A stretch of 64,000 bases of DNA, from contig NC_045713.1 of the NCBI RefSeq assembly GCF_009834535.1, forward strand, positions 2,480,001-2,544,000, written 5' to 3'. A program made the translations under genes and the position numbers. Shown here in pieces: positions 36,546-49,905 of the stretch. The first letter of the stretch is position 1; each line of letters starts with the position of its first letter. This stretch comes from Camelus ferus. Taxonomy: Eukaryota. A model generated the notes under the pieces. It made no database searches, had not been told where the DNA came from, and saw nothing but the letters and a program-made list of their open reading frames with translations.

Positions 36546-38188
36546 GGGTTGAGATAAGAAAGACGGATGCCCACGGACAAAGCTCAGGTGAAAGCAAAGA
36601 GGAAATAGCTTCTCTGCTTCCATAAGGCAACACTCACACTTCCTGGTTTCATTTTTTTCCCCTCCCGAATTCTGCAGGCCTGGAGAGACAGATCTGTGTC
36701 ACCCTGCTAACTAGCACACATGCCACCCCTTCCCAGGCTCCGGGGTCACATTACCCAGCCCACTGGCCCCGAAGAGGGTTGGAGCAATGAACGCACCCTG
36801 GGGACAGGTAGCCTGGGAACTGCCTGCCCACTTGCCACAGGCCTCCATCATGCCTGTGTATAATTCACACTGGTCAGAGGAAATCACTGTTGGCTATTGA
36901 TTCTGGAAGGAGTGGAGGCAAAGGGAACAAATGCAGTCCAGTAATAACGCAGCGATGGGGAGAGACGAGAGGAGAGACCACAACTTGACTTGACTCCTTG
37001 GTGGTCAATAGGCTGTTTATTGAGATGCATTACTCTTCTGTTCCTGGATCCCAAGAGCATGGGCATCACCTGCGAGCTCCTGGGTCCCTTCTCACTTCTG
37101 GGCTTATCCTAATGGATGTGGACTAGCTTCGTACAGTATTGGGACAATGGTAGTCCCCACGTGGTGCCCCAGAAGGCATAACAAAGGGAAGTAGTTTCAT
37201 CCTGTAATCCTCCAGTGGGAGCAGATGTGTGCTTTCTAACCTCCTGTCCCAGCCACCTTCCTCTTCACACCCCCTTTCCTGTTCATGACTTTTTTTTCAC
37301 CAGTGTTAAATTCGATGATTCATTCTGCTACAAAAATGTTGTTAAGAAAAGAATGAGAGAGACAGACAGACATTGAAAGGGAGAAAGAAAGGGAGGGGAG
37401 AAGGGAGGGAGGGGGAGAGAGAGCGCATCCCTTCCTCTGTTTGGGACAACATTTTTTCACTATCCCACCACGCACTGCAGGATGAGTGCCTTGCTACCTG
37501 CAATGGCTGACGAGAAGGACAAAAAGTTGCAGAATTTGAAGCTATGTCTGCCATTATGGAGAAGCTAAGATTGTGAAGAAACGAAGATTAAAACTAAGGT
37601 AAGAGTGTAGTTCTGAGGCTCAAGAAGTCTTTCTGTTTGAAAAGGAAAGATGTGGAGGTAAAGAGGGTCAGCAGGTATTAACAGGAAGAGGCTGAGATTT
37701 GGTCAGCTGACAAATTTCAATGCAAATTTGACCTCATCCATTGTAAGCATCGAGCAGTTCCTCCCCACAGGCCACACCCCAATTCGTTTTTTGATAGCTG
37801 TCTAGCAGTTCTTTAAATATGGAGTTCCAGAAAGATTCATGGCCAAAAGAAAATGCAAAATTTCTTTCTTTTTTTCTCTCTTTCTTTTTTCTTTCCTCCT
37901 TTCCTTAGGTGAGGTGATAGTTTTGTGACTGCCATGCATGTTTTTCTTTCACGTCCATTACAAATAATATCTATTCTTGGCTGGTTTTGTCCAAAGGAAT
38001 TCTAGAAATACCTTGAAAAAGCAAAGGCTGACCTCACTACACATTCATTCATGAATACAAGAATTGGTTGAGAGCCCACTGTATGCCAGGCAAGTAAGAG
38101 TAGAGACCAATTCTACAGAAAAGAACAAATGATACATTGTTGACCTTTTAAGGGCCTTCATAAGTGATGTCAAGAATGACTAAGAGTA

Positions 38189-38376
38189 GGGGAGGGTATA
38201 GCTCAGTGGTAGAGTGTGTGGTTAGGATGCATGAGGTCCTGGGTTCAATCCCCAGAACCTCCATTAAAATAAATAAATAATAAATAAATAAACAAACCTA
38301 ATTACCTCCCCCACCCCCAGAAAAATTAAAAAAAGGCAACTTGCGAAAAATAGTACTTCACATTAAAAAAAAAAAA
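38189..38376 (+). mobile_element. Vic-1-type tRNA-derived camelid SINE
   Basis: A box TAGCTCAGTGG 38199-38209, B box GGTTCAATCCC 38242-38252, AATA repeats, CCTAATTACCTCCCC, A-tail, TSD AAGAATGAC(T/C)AAGAG. Confidence 0.9.
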
Positions 38377-38390
38377 AAGAATGACCAAGA

Positions 38391-39051
38391 GAAAACAGTA
38401 TAGAGTGTCCTTAAAAAATGAAAAATAAGAGTTACCATATGATCTAACAATCCCATACCTGGGCATATACCTGGAGAAATCCCCAATTCAAAAAGATATA
38501 TGCACCCCAATATTCATAGCAGCACTATTTACAATAGCCAAAACATGGAAGCAATGTAAATATCCATGTCCAGATGACTGGACAGATGATTGGATAAAGA
38601 AGTTGTGGTATATATACACAATGGAATACTACTCAGCTATAAAAAAGAATGAAATAATGCCATTTGCAGCAACTTGGAGATTATCATACTAAGCAAAGTA
38701 AGTCAGTGAAAGACAAATATCACATGATACCACTTACATGTGGAATCTAAGAAAATGAGACAAATGAACTTATTTAGAAAACAGAAACAGTCTCACAGAC
38801 ATCGAAAACAAACTTACAGTTACCAAAGGGGAACGGAGGAGGGGTGGGATAAATCAGGAGTTTGAGGTTAGTAGATACAAACTACTATACATAAAAATAG
38901 ATAAACAACAAGGTCCTACCGTATCACAGGGAACTAAACTCAATAGCTTGTAATAACCCATAATGAAAAAGAATATACATGACTGAATCACTGTGCTGTA
39001 CACCAGAAACTAACACAACACTGTAAATCAACTACACTTCAGTTAAAAAAA
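38391..39051 (+). mobile_element. 5'-truncated lineage-specific L1 (ORF2 end, 3'UTR, A-tail)
   Basis: GAGTTACCATATGATC...ATGGAATACTACTCAGC...CTGTAAATCAACTACACTTCAGTTAAAAAAAA. Confidence 0.92.
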
Positions 39052-40130
39052 AAGAATGATCAGGAATTTCCACATCTGTGAGAACAGCGGTCCTTTCAGG
39101 CCCATGTTCTAGCTCTGAAAGTGGCACCAGGGAACACTTGAGGAAGAACAGGGTAATTGCAAACACTGCCTTCAAGATTCTAAGTTCCCTGCAGTAACCT
39201 GGTGACACCAGGCTGCTGCACACAGCATGATGCCTGGGACACCAGAGGTCTCACTAAAAGAGATCAAACGTGGAAGACCGAGAGGTCAGGTGTGGAAGGC
39301 TACTGCATGCATCTAAAGGCAGTCACATGCTCATACGTGATTACTGCCAAACCACTTGGAAAATAAAAGCTAACATCTAATGAACAATGATTCTATGCCA
39401 GGCACTGTGAGATGTACTTTACATACATTATCTCCTTATAACTCCCAATGGCCGCATGAGGTAGGTCATTTTACAGATAAGCAAATGGGCGTCGTAATCT
39501 CTGATGCCCTCCTGCTCCCCTTGGAAGCAGCACTGATGCTCCAGCTGACTTTGGGGAGAGGCTGGGTGCACTGGAGAATCATATAGCTGAATACAGAGAA
39601 AGAAGTGCTGAGATGGTACCTATCTCTGCTCTTAGGAAATCCCCAAGTGCACATACTGAAAAGGATTCAGGGCTGATTTCTCATCCAAACCAATGACACA
39701 ATAAGCTTTACTTTACCCCAGCACTCCACCCAGCAGGGGCCCAAAGGATTCCCGTAATTCCCTCACCAGCCAACTATAGTCAGTTAATTTTTATTATCAT
39801 AACCCAGACTCCCTGGTATGTAGAAAAAACCTACTTCCTACCCCAGAAGAGATAATATTTGAGAGAGTGTTACAGCCCCAAAGGCCCTTTTGTTTTTTCA
39901 GTTCACTTATTTTTAAAAAATTTTTATTAAGAGGCTACCAGGGCAGTGCCAGGCACTAGAAAGAGAATGGTGGACAAGACAGACATGCTCTCTGCCCCCA
40001 CAGTTCACAATCCAGCAGTCACTCCATTTCAATAGAGACACTGTCAATCTAGAAAGTGCCCAGAAGGAAGGCAGATGAGAAAAAGGTCAAGAAATCATAT
40101 AACAAAGTAACAAAGTCATGGGCAATTTTT

Positions 40131-40390
40131 GAACAAACTAGTGACCCGTGGGGAGAGAGAAAGAGGAAGGGGCAAGATAGGGATACGGGAATAAGAGACA
40201 CAAACGACTACATATGAAATATAGGAGCAACAAGGATAGACTGCACAGCACAGAGAAATATGGCCATTATTTTGTAATAACTTTCAATGGAGTACAATCT
40301 ATAAAAATATTGAATCACTATGTTGTACACCTGAAACTAATACAGTATCGTAAATCAACTATACGTCAATGACTTAAAAAAAAAAAAGAA
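40131..40390 (+). mobile_element. L1MA9-like 3' end
   Basis: GAGCAACAAGGATA...GAATCACTATGTTGTACACCTGAAACTAATA plus A-tail. Confidence 0.85.
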
Positions 40391-41539
40391 AGGAAAACGT
40401 CGGTAATTTTTGAAGCTGGCTGATGAGTACATGGGGGAACATCTTACTATCCTCTCTATTTTGGAGTGTGTCTGAAAACTTGTGACAGTCATCTAACGAG
40501 TTGGTCATGCTGAAAATGAAGTGAATGTGTTGCGTGTTGCCCAAGAGGTTAATGAATACCCCTTAAATTGCTTAGCACTTTTGAAACCAATGTGGTCACT
40601 ATCAATCCTCACAGGAGTGGTGTCAGGGGAAGTAATAACGCCTATGTTATGAACGAGGGAAAGATTAGGCTCACAGAAGCTCAGAGCTGGAAGGGATCCA
40701 AGAACTCAATTCTCCATCCTAAGGTTTGACTTGATTACAATCCCATCCACCACAACACATTAAGATAGCTTGGGCCTAATATGAGCAAGAACTTTTTAAA
40801 GTCTGAAAATGGCACAGGCATCCTTGAAAAGCACTGTGTCTCTGGCCCTGTGGGTCTCAAGCACATGGTGGAAGCTTCTTCCGCTAGAGATGACTCGGAG
40901 AGATCTCTGCTGTAGGTGGGATTATGGATTGAAAAATATCAAGGGAGCCCTCCGACTATTACTTTGCCACTGTGCTGAGGATTTCGGAAGGCTTCTCTGT
41001 ACTTCCTCATTGCTTCCTTCCCGGGGAGAAGAGGGGAGAGCGGACCTCCAGATAGGACTTTGGTTCCCACGTGTACCTTGGGAGGAAGAAACACCGGAAT
41101 GAAACCAACTCCCATTTAATGAGCAGGAACACTCGGCCGTGCACTTGAGTTTATATGCGTCATCTCACCTAATCTCCACATAAACCTAGTAGGCAAATAC
41201 CATAATTACACCAAAACGGAGTAGGCATGGAGAATTAAAGTAACATCCAGCTGACAAAACATTCTTAGCAAGAATCTCAATGCTAACCTTCAGCTGATAG
41301 AGAGAGACAGCACCACTCCTGGGACAGTCTGCGCTCCCTTCCTTGTTTAGAATTCTCTGGCACCCAGGGAGGCCAGCCCAAGACAGGGCACTTAGGGAGT
41401 GGGGAGGAAAAACAAAGGCACCTACAAAGCCAATTAGTGAGTTGAAATTCAACTCCAAAACCTAACTGTTGGTTCCCTGAGCTGAAGTCATGAGCTTTGA
41501 TCACAGTTACTAACTCCTGAACCAGGCTGACTGGCCTCG

Positions 41540-42100
41540 GTTCCCTGCAGGGAAAGGTAAACATTCTTGTGGAAATGCAAACATATCACTTATGGTCTAA
41601 AATGGCCTGTAATGGAGGCATAATTTCTTTTGGAAACAAGCCCCCCCACCCCCAATAAAGGTAAAGGTTGTTGTTTTTACCGCCTGAAGGAATGATCTTC
41701 CCTACGGGCAGCCAGGGCTCTTCCCCTGGTAGTGACAGCGCCCGCAGGGCAGATAAGGAATGAAATAACGCATTTCCCTACCAAACTCCTGCAGGCTCCG
41801 CTTAAGGAGTCAGCGCCTCCTCCACGGGGGAGGTGAGTGTCACCCACTGCAGTTTCCTCTGAAAGGGAGGTGGATAGGTGAGGCTGAGAAGGTATAATTA
41901 TGGGTGGAGCCGGGAGCGTCTTGGATTGTGATACCAGGCGAGGCTTTCTCTGCCAAGTGCTCCCCTGAAAGAACCCTCCCTGCCACCTTTATCAAAGCCG
42001 CCGTCAGTGGAGCGCCCCTGTTATTAAATGCCTCTTGGCACGTCTGCATGGGAGGCATAATCACAGGTGGTAGACCTGGAGGGGAAGCTGTTCAAGGGGA
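41540..42100. promoter_or_regulatory. Putative enhancer
   Basis: Non-repeat and CpG-enriched; GTAAACA 41557-41563, TGCAAACA 41576-41583, AGATAAG 41751-41757, CTTTATCAAAG 41987-41997, NFI half-sites. Confidence 0.45.
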
Positions 42101-42609
42101 GGAAAGAAAGAAAACACAAGGATGAGCTGACTAAAAACATAGAAATGAGGTGGAAAAATTCGATTAGAGACCTAGGGAAAGTGAGAGGAAATGAAGAAAT
42201 GGGGTGGTGTCGGCAAGGTGGTGGTGGTGGTGGGGATTCTGAATCTTTCTTTAGTTCTTGTGTGGGTAGGTCAGAATCCTTTTGCTTTTCAGTCTTTGGT
42301 GGTGGAAAGCAGAAGATTCTGCAAAGGTGAGAAACAGGAGAGAATGTGTAGTCCAGGCCTGGCCACGTCCCCTGACCCACCTGCTAACTCATTTCAATGA
42401 AATAATGGAGTAACAGATGAAAAAAACTAGAAAGCTACTTGCAGTGTACCTGACCTGGCCTTTGGCAGGTGCATCAAAACCACAAATGACCTCACAAAGC
42501 CCAGGCACTAGGACATTAAGTAGGGTTTGTGACCACAGAGTCATCCTCATGATGGGCCAGTGAACTATAAAGGCAGTTCTCAGCCACCAAAAATAAAATT
42601 GTCTTGGAG

Positions 42610-42763
42610 CAGAGGTTAGCCAACCCTACCTGCAGGGCTTTAAGAACAACTCAATGTCCAGGCCGATTGAAGCAGAATTTCTGGGGGTGGGGCTCAGGCA
42701 TCCCCATTTCTTTTCAAGCTCCCCCAAATGATTCTATGCCCAGCCAGGGTGGTGCCTCTACTG
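42610..42763. mobile_element. MER5A-like MITE
   Basis: CAGAATTTCTGGGGGTGGGGCTCAGGCAT...AAGCTCCCCCAAATGATTCT. Confidence 0.75.
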
Positions 42764-43814
42764 TTGAGGAAATGGGGCTCAGGCTCTATGTCCAGGGAAT
42801 GTCTGTCTCCCCCTGATCTAAATCCTCCCCAACCTTCAAGGCGCAGCTGAAAGGTCACCCCAGGAAAACAGCCATTCCAGAGCCTTCACCAAGCGCAAGC
42901 AAATGAGTTAAGTGCTGTAGGAGACACTGATCAGAGTGAGACGGCCTCTGCCCGGTGTACGAACGCAGCGAGGAGGAAAGCGTGTGTCTGGTACAGAGGG
43001 GGGCTCAATAAATATTTATGAAACAAAAGGACGAATGAATAAAGAAGTGAATGGCTTAGCAACGGTGAAACAGTGAATGAAATACACGAAAAGCAGAGAT
43101 GTACGCACTGAGTGAGGACTGATCGGTGGGGTGGGGTTGGGGAGTCTCTAGAGGGGACATTTGAATATAAAGGTAGCATTTGAATTGGGCCTTGAAGGAT
43201 GGTTGGTAATAACATCTAACATTTGTTCAGAGCTTTAAAGTTGATCAATGTTTGACATACATTAACTCATTTAGCGGCTTTCAACAGCCTTTGAAGTGGC
43301 GTTTTGACCCCTGCTGTAGAGGTGAGGAAAGGTCAAATGACCTAACCAAGGGCAGGTAGCTAGTGAGGGAGGGAGGCCGGACACTAGTCTAGAAGCCACT
43401 GACCCTTTATGACGCTGCTGGCGACTCATGTCATAAGTCACTTAGGGGGAAGGACATTCTAGGACCAGAAGACAGTATAAGACAGACACAGTTGCTCCAC
43501 TCTGAGCACGTGGCTGGTACAGGGAAAGCTGGTTTCCCTTCCAACTTTCTTCTTTTTAGAAAGAGAATTTCTCCTTTAGGAAGAGAACCGCGAGTGCCAA
43601 GGAGACAGGGAGACTGGAGAGCAGAGATGTTGATAAGAGTGTCCCCAGGGACCCCGGAACCCTCCAAGCAACTGGTGCACATGTCTCTCGAGGCCCTCGG
43701 CCTGCTGTCCGGGGCATTCTTCTCTGATGAACTTGTCTCACCTCCCCTCCTACGTGACAAGCTCTTTGGCCACACACTGGCCACATTTATGTTTGAGTTT
43801 CTCTGAAACCCAGC

Positions 43815-45269
43815 CAGGGTGGATGTAGGTTTTCTGAATCCTATAGTCTACATAATTTGGAGGCGGAATTCTTGAAGTGAAGTAATAAAATGATAAACAC
43901 CAGATTAGGTACAAAGTGAATACTTAGATGAAGAAACTCCCAGCGAAATGCAAATCTTAAAAACTGACAAACAGGACAAAAACATGTATTTTTATTTCTT
44001 AACTGCCTGATACCTCTCTGTAACAGTTTTTTAAACTCTACTTTTTAATTGCATGATATTTTTTTTTTAAAATTGTTGAAGCAGTTTATTTATAAATCAC
44101 TGAGCATAGTTGAAGTGGCCATTCTCCAGTTTTTAAGATGGAGAGAAATCTGTTGGCCTGTCACTGATGTGTTTTCTTCTTACCAACTAGCTCACTGGGA
44201 TCTGTTGTTACCAGCCCTTTAACAGAAAATTGTCTGGTGAACATCAATATAAAAGTCGCTCTCTGCTTCCCATAAAGTCTACTCCTAATCTCCCTGGTAC
44301 AAGAATTGCTCCCCCAGGGGCTCACTGGGCACAAGAGTGCATTTTTTCTGAGTCTTAACTGCATCATCTTTGATTGCCTTTTCATATGATAAAAACTTTG
44401 CAATACCTTTTTCAATAGCGAGCAAGGTTGACCAAAACTTGTTTCGTATTATTAAGAGTTTTGAAATGTTATTTGAGCATCACAGTTTGTTTATGACAAT
44501 GTTGCGTTTATCAAGTTTTCCCCCACACTAGCTGTAAGATTTGGGGACAAGCGTTCTTGTTCAGGGCCAAATCTTACTCCTGATGCGATGACCCTCATAC
44601 CAATGTACATAGATGTCCTCACTGCAGAGGTGGAATAAGTTTCATGTTATCTTCCAAGGAAACTCCATTTTGTCTAATTATGGATAGAAACCATGACACT
44701 TGGAAGAATCTTTCACAGACAAGGTTATTACTCTGTACATTTCAAATAGTCATTCTTTTCCATTTCTCACTTATTTCTGATTCTGGATTCTATGGGATCT
44801 GGTCATACTATTATATGACTTTAGCTTTGTACCACTGTCCTGATACCAGGTAGGTCAGTACCGTGGAGGTTAAGAGATTTCCTGGAAGCCATTCTTATAC
44901 TAGGAAGACTAGCTACAACCTGATTCTACTTTAAAATGAGCAAACTACATACATCCATGCCCCTGAACCCAGCTGACAATGCATGCCACCTCAACTTTCC
45001 CTTCAGAAGGTTAAAAAAAAGATGACCACCCCTCCGGTGACCCCCAGCACAAATGGAAGGAAGTGTAACGTCATGAAAGGGGGGTCAGAGCAGAAAGAGA
45101 CAGCACTCTGAGTCAATTACAGTTATAATAGCTTAGGTTTACAAATTCAGCAAAAACATACAACCATGGGAACACATTGCCAGGGCTCCTCCTGTGCCTT
45201 AGAAGGGACCCAGGCGAGAGAAGAGTTTGAAGCTTCAGCTTCATCAGCTTCAAAGTAGATCGACCTCTG
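43815..45269 (-). mobile_element. hAT-Tip100 (Arthur1-like) internally deleted DNA transposon with transposase remnant
   Basis: Imperfect terminal inverted repeats CAGGGTGGATGTA / CAGAGGTCGATCTA (rc); minus-strand SKLLIIRNKFWST..LAIEK and LSYEKAIK at about 44360-44480. Confidence 0.65.
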
Positions 45270-45619
45270 GACACATTCCTATGCTTTTCAGAGAGTAAGT
45301 GCTGAATCAATGAATGCGTCTTACTCCTAATGTGGAAGTCTAGGCCACGAGCTGGGATTACAGAACTCTTCAAACAAGTGGGAGGGACCTGCAAGGGCTC
45401 TCTCCTTCAATTGTGCCCCCGGGTGTCAGGACTGGCTCAGAGCCATGCCCAAAACTGAGTGCGGTGTTTCATGAATGATCTGACCCATGCAGGGCAAGCA
45501 GAGTAGACCTCTCACCTTGCTCAGTCCAGACAATTTGCTTCTATTAATCCTACAAAAATTGCTTTACTGTGTTTTTTCTTTTCCTTCTCTTTTTGCAAAC
45601 TTCTCATGACACTGATGCA

Positions 45620-46008
45620 CACTGAGGTTATAGTCAACTAAAACCTTTTAATTTTTCCCGCTTGGTAAACCAGTTCTCCCCTAGGCTGTACCTGAGCAAT
45701 TTAAGGTGCATGTGATCAGCATTTGATGTGGTACACTGAGTAAAGAAGACTGCCCTCACCAATGCAGGTGGGCATCGTCTAATCTGTTGAAGGACCCGAA
45801 CAGAACAAAAAGGCAGAGGAAGTGTGCACTTGNNNNNNNNNNNNNNNNNNNNNNNNNNNNNNNNNNNNNNNNNNNNNNNNNNNNNNNNNNNNNNNNNNNN
45901 NNNNNNNNNNNNNNNNNNNNNNNNNNNNNNNNNNNNNNNNNNNNNNNNNNNNNNNNNNNNNNNNNNNNNNNCTTTTTGGCCTCCATAATTGCATGAGCCA
46001 ATTACTAT

Positions 46009-46040
<32 letters not shown>

Positions 46041-46074
46041 CTATTGATTCTGTTCCTCTAGAGACCCCTAATAC
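45620..46074 (+). mobile_element. MLT2-family ERVL LTR, includes N block 45833-45971
   Basis: CTGAGTAAAGAAGACTGCCCTCACCAATGCAGGTGGGCATC...GAACAAAAAGGCAGAGGAAG...CCTAATACA. Confidence 0.88.
46009..46040. repeat. (AATC)8 microsatellite
   Basis: Counted directly. Confidence 0.97.
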
Positions 46075-47344
46075 AGTCTAAATACACAGCTCCACAATGA
46101 TTCCAATTAAATTCCACACTCTTATGTTTAGCCTACACTCTGGCCTCATGAGATGGATCTGACTCTCCTGTGTGTCATCGAACATACCATCACTACCTTT
46201 TCTATAATGTTCAAGTCACTGATTCCAAACATAGACTGGGATGTGATCTTGAGGGGGGCGGCTCTACAGTTCATCCTCCTGAACCCCCTCTCTGGCCTGA
46301 CATTAATTTATTAATCAGCATCTTTGGGGTTCAGATGATCAATCTGTATTTAGTCCATAATGCCACACAGCCCAAATTTCAACTTCACAAGGATACCGAG
46401 TGCCTTGGTGGAACCCATGTATCATCTATATTTCCAAATCCTGCAGTCCGGGGATCCCATTAAAATAATTAAATAAAGTTGGTATAAGATGCCTTTTTTC
46501 TTAGTGCATCCATTTTTTTTTTCCTGTTGACCATTACTTCTTTTTCTATGATCTCAAGACACTGACTTACAATTATGTGTTTATACAGCATTTCCCTAGC
46601 TCATCTAACTCACAGCTGTCTCCAGAGAGCAGGACTCTTTGTGATAGGTAAGAATACAGCTTTCAGTGTTTTTTAAGGTCAGTGATTCCAGAATGTATTT
46701 GTATGCAATGTCATAATAATACCTTGCACTTGCTACAGGGCTGTGCATTTTACAAGGCTTTTTCTTGTGCAATATCACTTAACAAAAACTATCTAGAAAA
46801 AAGGCAAGAATTCTGCTTTATGAAAAAGAATCACAAACCCTAATCATTAATGCCCCATCCAGCCCCAGGACTTAGGACTCTGAAAAGACAATGAAATTGA
46901 ACTTCCCATGTAAGCATTATGAAATCCACATAGCATGATACCAAGATGCTAAATGCCATTGTCTCTATGTCACAGTAATCATTAGTGTGAGGAGAGACTT
47001 CTATGAGGCATTGATGCCCAATGGCTTGGGAAGCTTCTGTTATGACTTAGGATATGTCTGAACAGTCCTTATCCAGAGATCTACACTTTGGCTGCTTCCA
47101 AACAACCATATTACATTGGAGATAGATTGAGGTGTTAATTATAGACAAAGAAACTGAGTTCAGAAAGTGAAAAAGTGGCATGGTTTACCTTAGGGTAAGA
47201 CTCCTCAAAGTCTAGACTTAAATTTGGCTTCTTACTGACTGCATGGAATAAAATGTAGATGATGCAGAGAATGGAGAAAATAAACAGGAACAAAACAGAG
47301 ATGGGGAAAATGTAGGTTTCCTTGGGAGTTAAGGAGATAACCAC

Positions 47345-47560
47345 TCCAGGTTCCTCAAAAAATTAAAAATAGAGCCATCAGAGTACCCAGCAATCCCACT
47401 TGTGGATATTTANNNNNNNNNNNNNNNNNNNNNNNNNNNNNNNNNNNNNNNNNNNNNNNNNNNNNNNNNNNNNNNNNNNNNNNNNNNNNNNNNNNNNNNN
47501 NNNNNNNNNNNNNNNNNNNNNNNNNNNNNNNNNNNNNNNNNNNNNNNNNNNNNTCAATGA
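47345..47560 (+). mobile_element. L1 ORF2-end fragment, includes N block 47413-47553
   Basis: GTTCCTCAAAAAATTAAAAATAGAGC...CCAGCAATCCCACTT. Confidence 0.8.
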
Positions 47561-47904
47561 ATTGATGGTACAAGAATCATAAAGCAGAAATCCAGATTCA
47601 AGATCTCATCTGCCATTCCCTGAAGGAATGACAGGTAACCAGGTGAGTGAATAAAAGCAAACAAGAGAACCTGGAGGACCAGAGATGGATGATGCAGGAG
47701 TCTTCTGGAGCTCTGATAATGACAGCAATCAGCATACCTCACATTCAGAGAGCACATTACATTTTTGAGCCCACCAGCTGTTTCACATTTCTAAGAATCT
47801 TAACCCATAAAAGGAGCTACACAGACATCTTAATATGAATTCACCACAACTCTGAAACCGACTCTCTGAGACAGAGGAAAAGGTACCATTGTCATTTTTC
47901 TGAT

Positions 47905-48422
47905 GGACTTACTGGATCATGAAGGAACAAGGGACTTACTACTCCAACACTGAAAATAACCATTTATGTTGCTCACAGCTTTGTGGATCAAGAGGTCTTA
48001 GCTGAATAGAGCCTTTCTGCTCCATGTGACACCATCCAAGGAGGCAGGGACTGGAGAATCCACTTCGAAGATGGCGCCACTCACATGTGTGGTGCCTTGG
48101 TGCTCCCTGGTCTCTCACTCTATGAGATGTCACATCCTCCAGGGCCTCTCCACATGGGTTGGGCTTTTCACATCATGGTAGCCTCATGGGAGACTGCACT
48201 TCAATAGCAGCTCATTCCCAGGAGGGAGTAAGTGGAAGCTGCTAGGCCAGCAAAGAGGACTGGCATAGAGTCACTTCCACTGTATTCCATTTGTCACAGC
48301 TGTCACGCTGTCCCACTCCAAATCAAAGGGGTGGATACCCTCAACTTCTTGTTGGAACAGAACAAAGTCACATTGCAGAAGAGGATGTGGGATGAGAGAC
48401 TGTTCTAGATAACTTTCCCACA
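47905..48422 (-). mobile_element. MLT1G/H-like LTR
   Basis: GGCATAGAGTCACTTCCACTGTATTCC...AAAGTCACATTGCAGAAG...TTTCCCACA. Confidence 0.75.
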
Positions 48423-49399
48423 GACCAGAATTTTGATTTCCCAAACCCTATTCTTTTGTGTTTCCCACCAAACAACACTTGATATGTACCAAATATAAAC
48501 AGTGCATGTACACCCACCTTAGCAGGACACAACTGCTTTATTTACAGCTACATGCATCACCCATAATGTTTTTCCCCAAGAACACAATTAAAATTTAGTG
48601 CCATTTTTAGCAATTATAAATTCACAAGTTGGTAGTGGATATATATATTTTTAAGACTAGTAAAACATACATTCAGAATCCGCTCATTTGGGATTTGAAA
48701 TGATTTTAGAAATATGTTCGCAAATCAAATTATCAGTTCTAACAAAATTGGAAGGGGGATATGTAATCTACTTAAGAAAATTAACTCTGGATATTTGGCA
48801 ATAACTTTATCAGCATCATTTTCATGTAAACATTGTGCTTATCAATGATTCTTATCTAGTCATTAAAGTCGGCCTTGTATTTGGCTAAGCGCTTGTCATA
48901 ATTTCACAATTTTCACTCACTAGGGCTGGCCACCCTCCAAGATATTCCAATTAAGAGTTTATTACTCTGTCACACTTTCAGGAGTCTGTGTCGATGTATA
49001 GTTAAATTCTATCTAGAGGACATATCCCAGGCTACAGCTGTTCTGCTTCTGTGGGATTTTTTGGTCTTGTTTTTCTAATGAAAATAATCTATTGATCCTG
49101 TTCATAAGAGGAGCACACAGCTCCAAATCATTACCTCCTGGCAGTAACTAATTTTGAGTCCTCTCTGCTTCACCACACTCCTTAATGGCAGTTGAATAAA
49201 CATCTAAGATGCAGACTTCTCAGTCCTTTCCGAAGGACAGTATCTCCCAACAAGGGGGTAAAAATAAAAATTAAAAAAAAATCTAATGAATATGTTCAAC
49301 TATGTGTTGAACGCCAAGTCTGGTGCCCTCAGGGTCTCTGCCCTTAAGAGGCTCACAGCACAGCAGTGGGAGATGGTACAAAGCCACACTCAGGGTAAC

Positions 49400-49905
49400 T
49401 CTGCTCAGCCTGGAAAGGACCAGGCCTCCCACCCTCTCAAGTAACAGCTGACAGGACCAGGGATGGACATGTGACCTAAAGACAGCTGGTGTGACCTATG
49501 GCTGTGCTCAGGCAGATAAACTGGCTCATTCTAATTCTCACCAGAATTTTCAGTAAAAGACATAAATGCTTTTGCCAACAGGAGTGATAAGCATTAGAGT
49601 TGACAGGTAAGACAGGTTTAGGAACTGGGGCAGACATTTCTTCAGAAAAAGCCAGTCTGTAGAAAAAGTAGAACTGGGCAATCTAGCAGCACATGGCCCC
49701 GGAAGGGGACAAGATGGAAAGAGAACAAAACCTTGTTGTCATTCTGGTTCCCAGCCAGAGTTCCCAAGAGGCTGGTTCTACTTGGATTTTGTTCTTGGAT
49801 TCTTTGGATTCTATGAGCTCCCTTTACAATACAATAATCACCTTTTGTGTTTGAGCTGGTTTGATGAGGTTCTGTACCTTGAAACTCAAAGACCCAAAAG
49901 AATCT
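49400..49905 (+). mobile_element. Old MLT1 (I/J-like) LTR
   Basis: GGGATGGACATGTGACC...TTGAGCTGGTTTGATGAGGTTCTG. Confidence 0.5.

Noticed and set aside
38189-38265. tRNA-like A and B boxes
   Set aside because: Followed by AATA repeats, an A-tail and a TSD: a SINE, not a tRNA gene.
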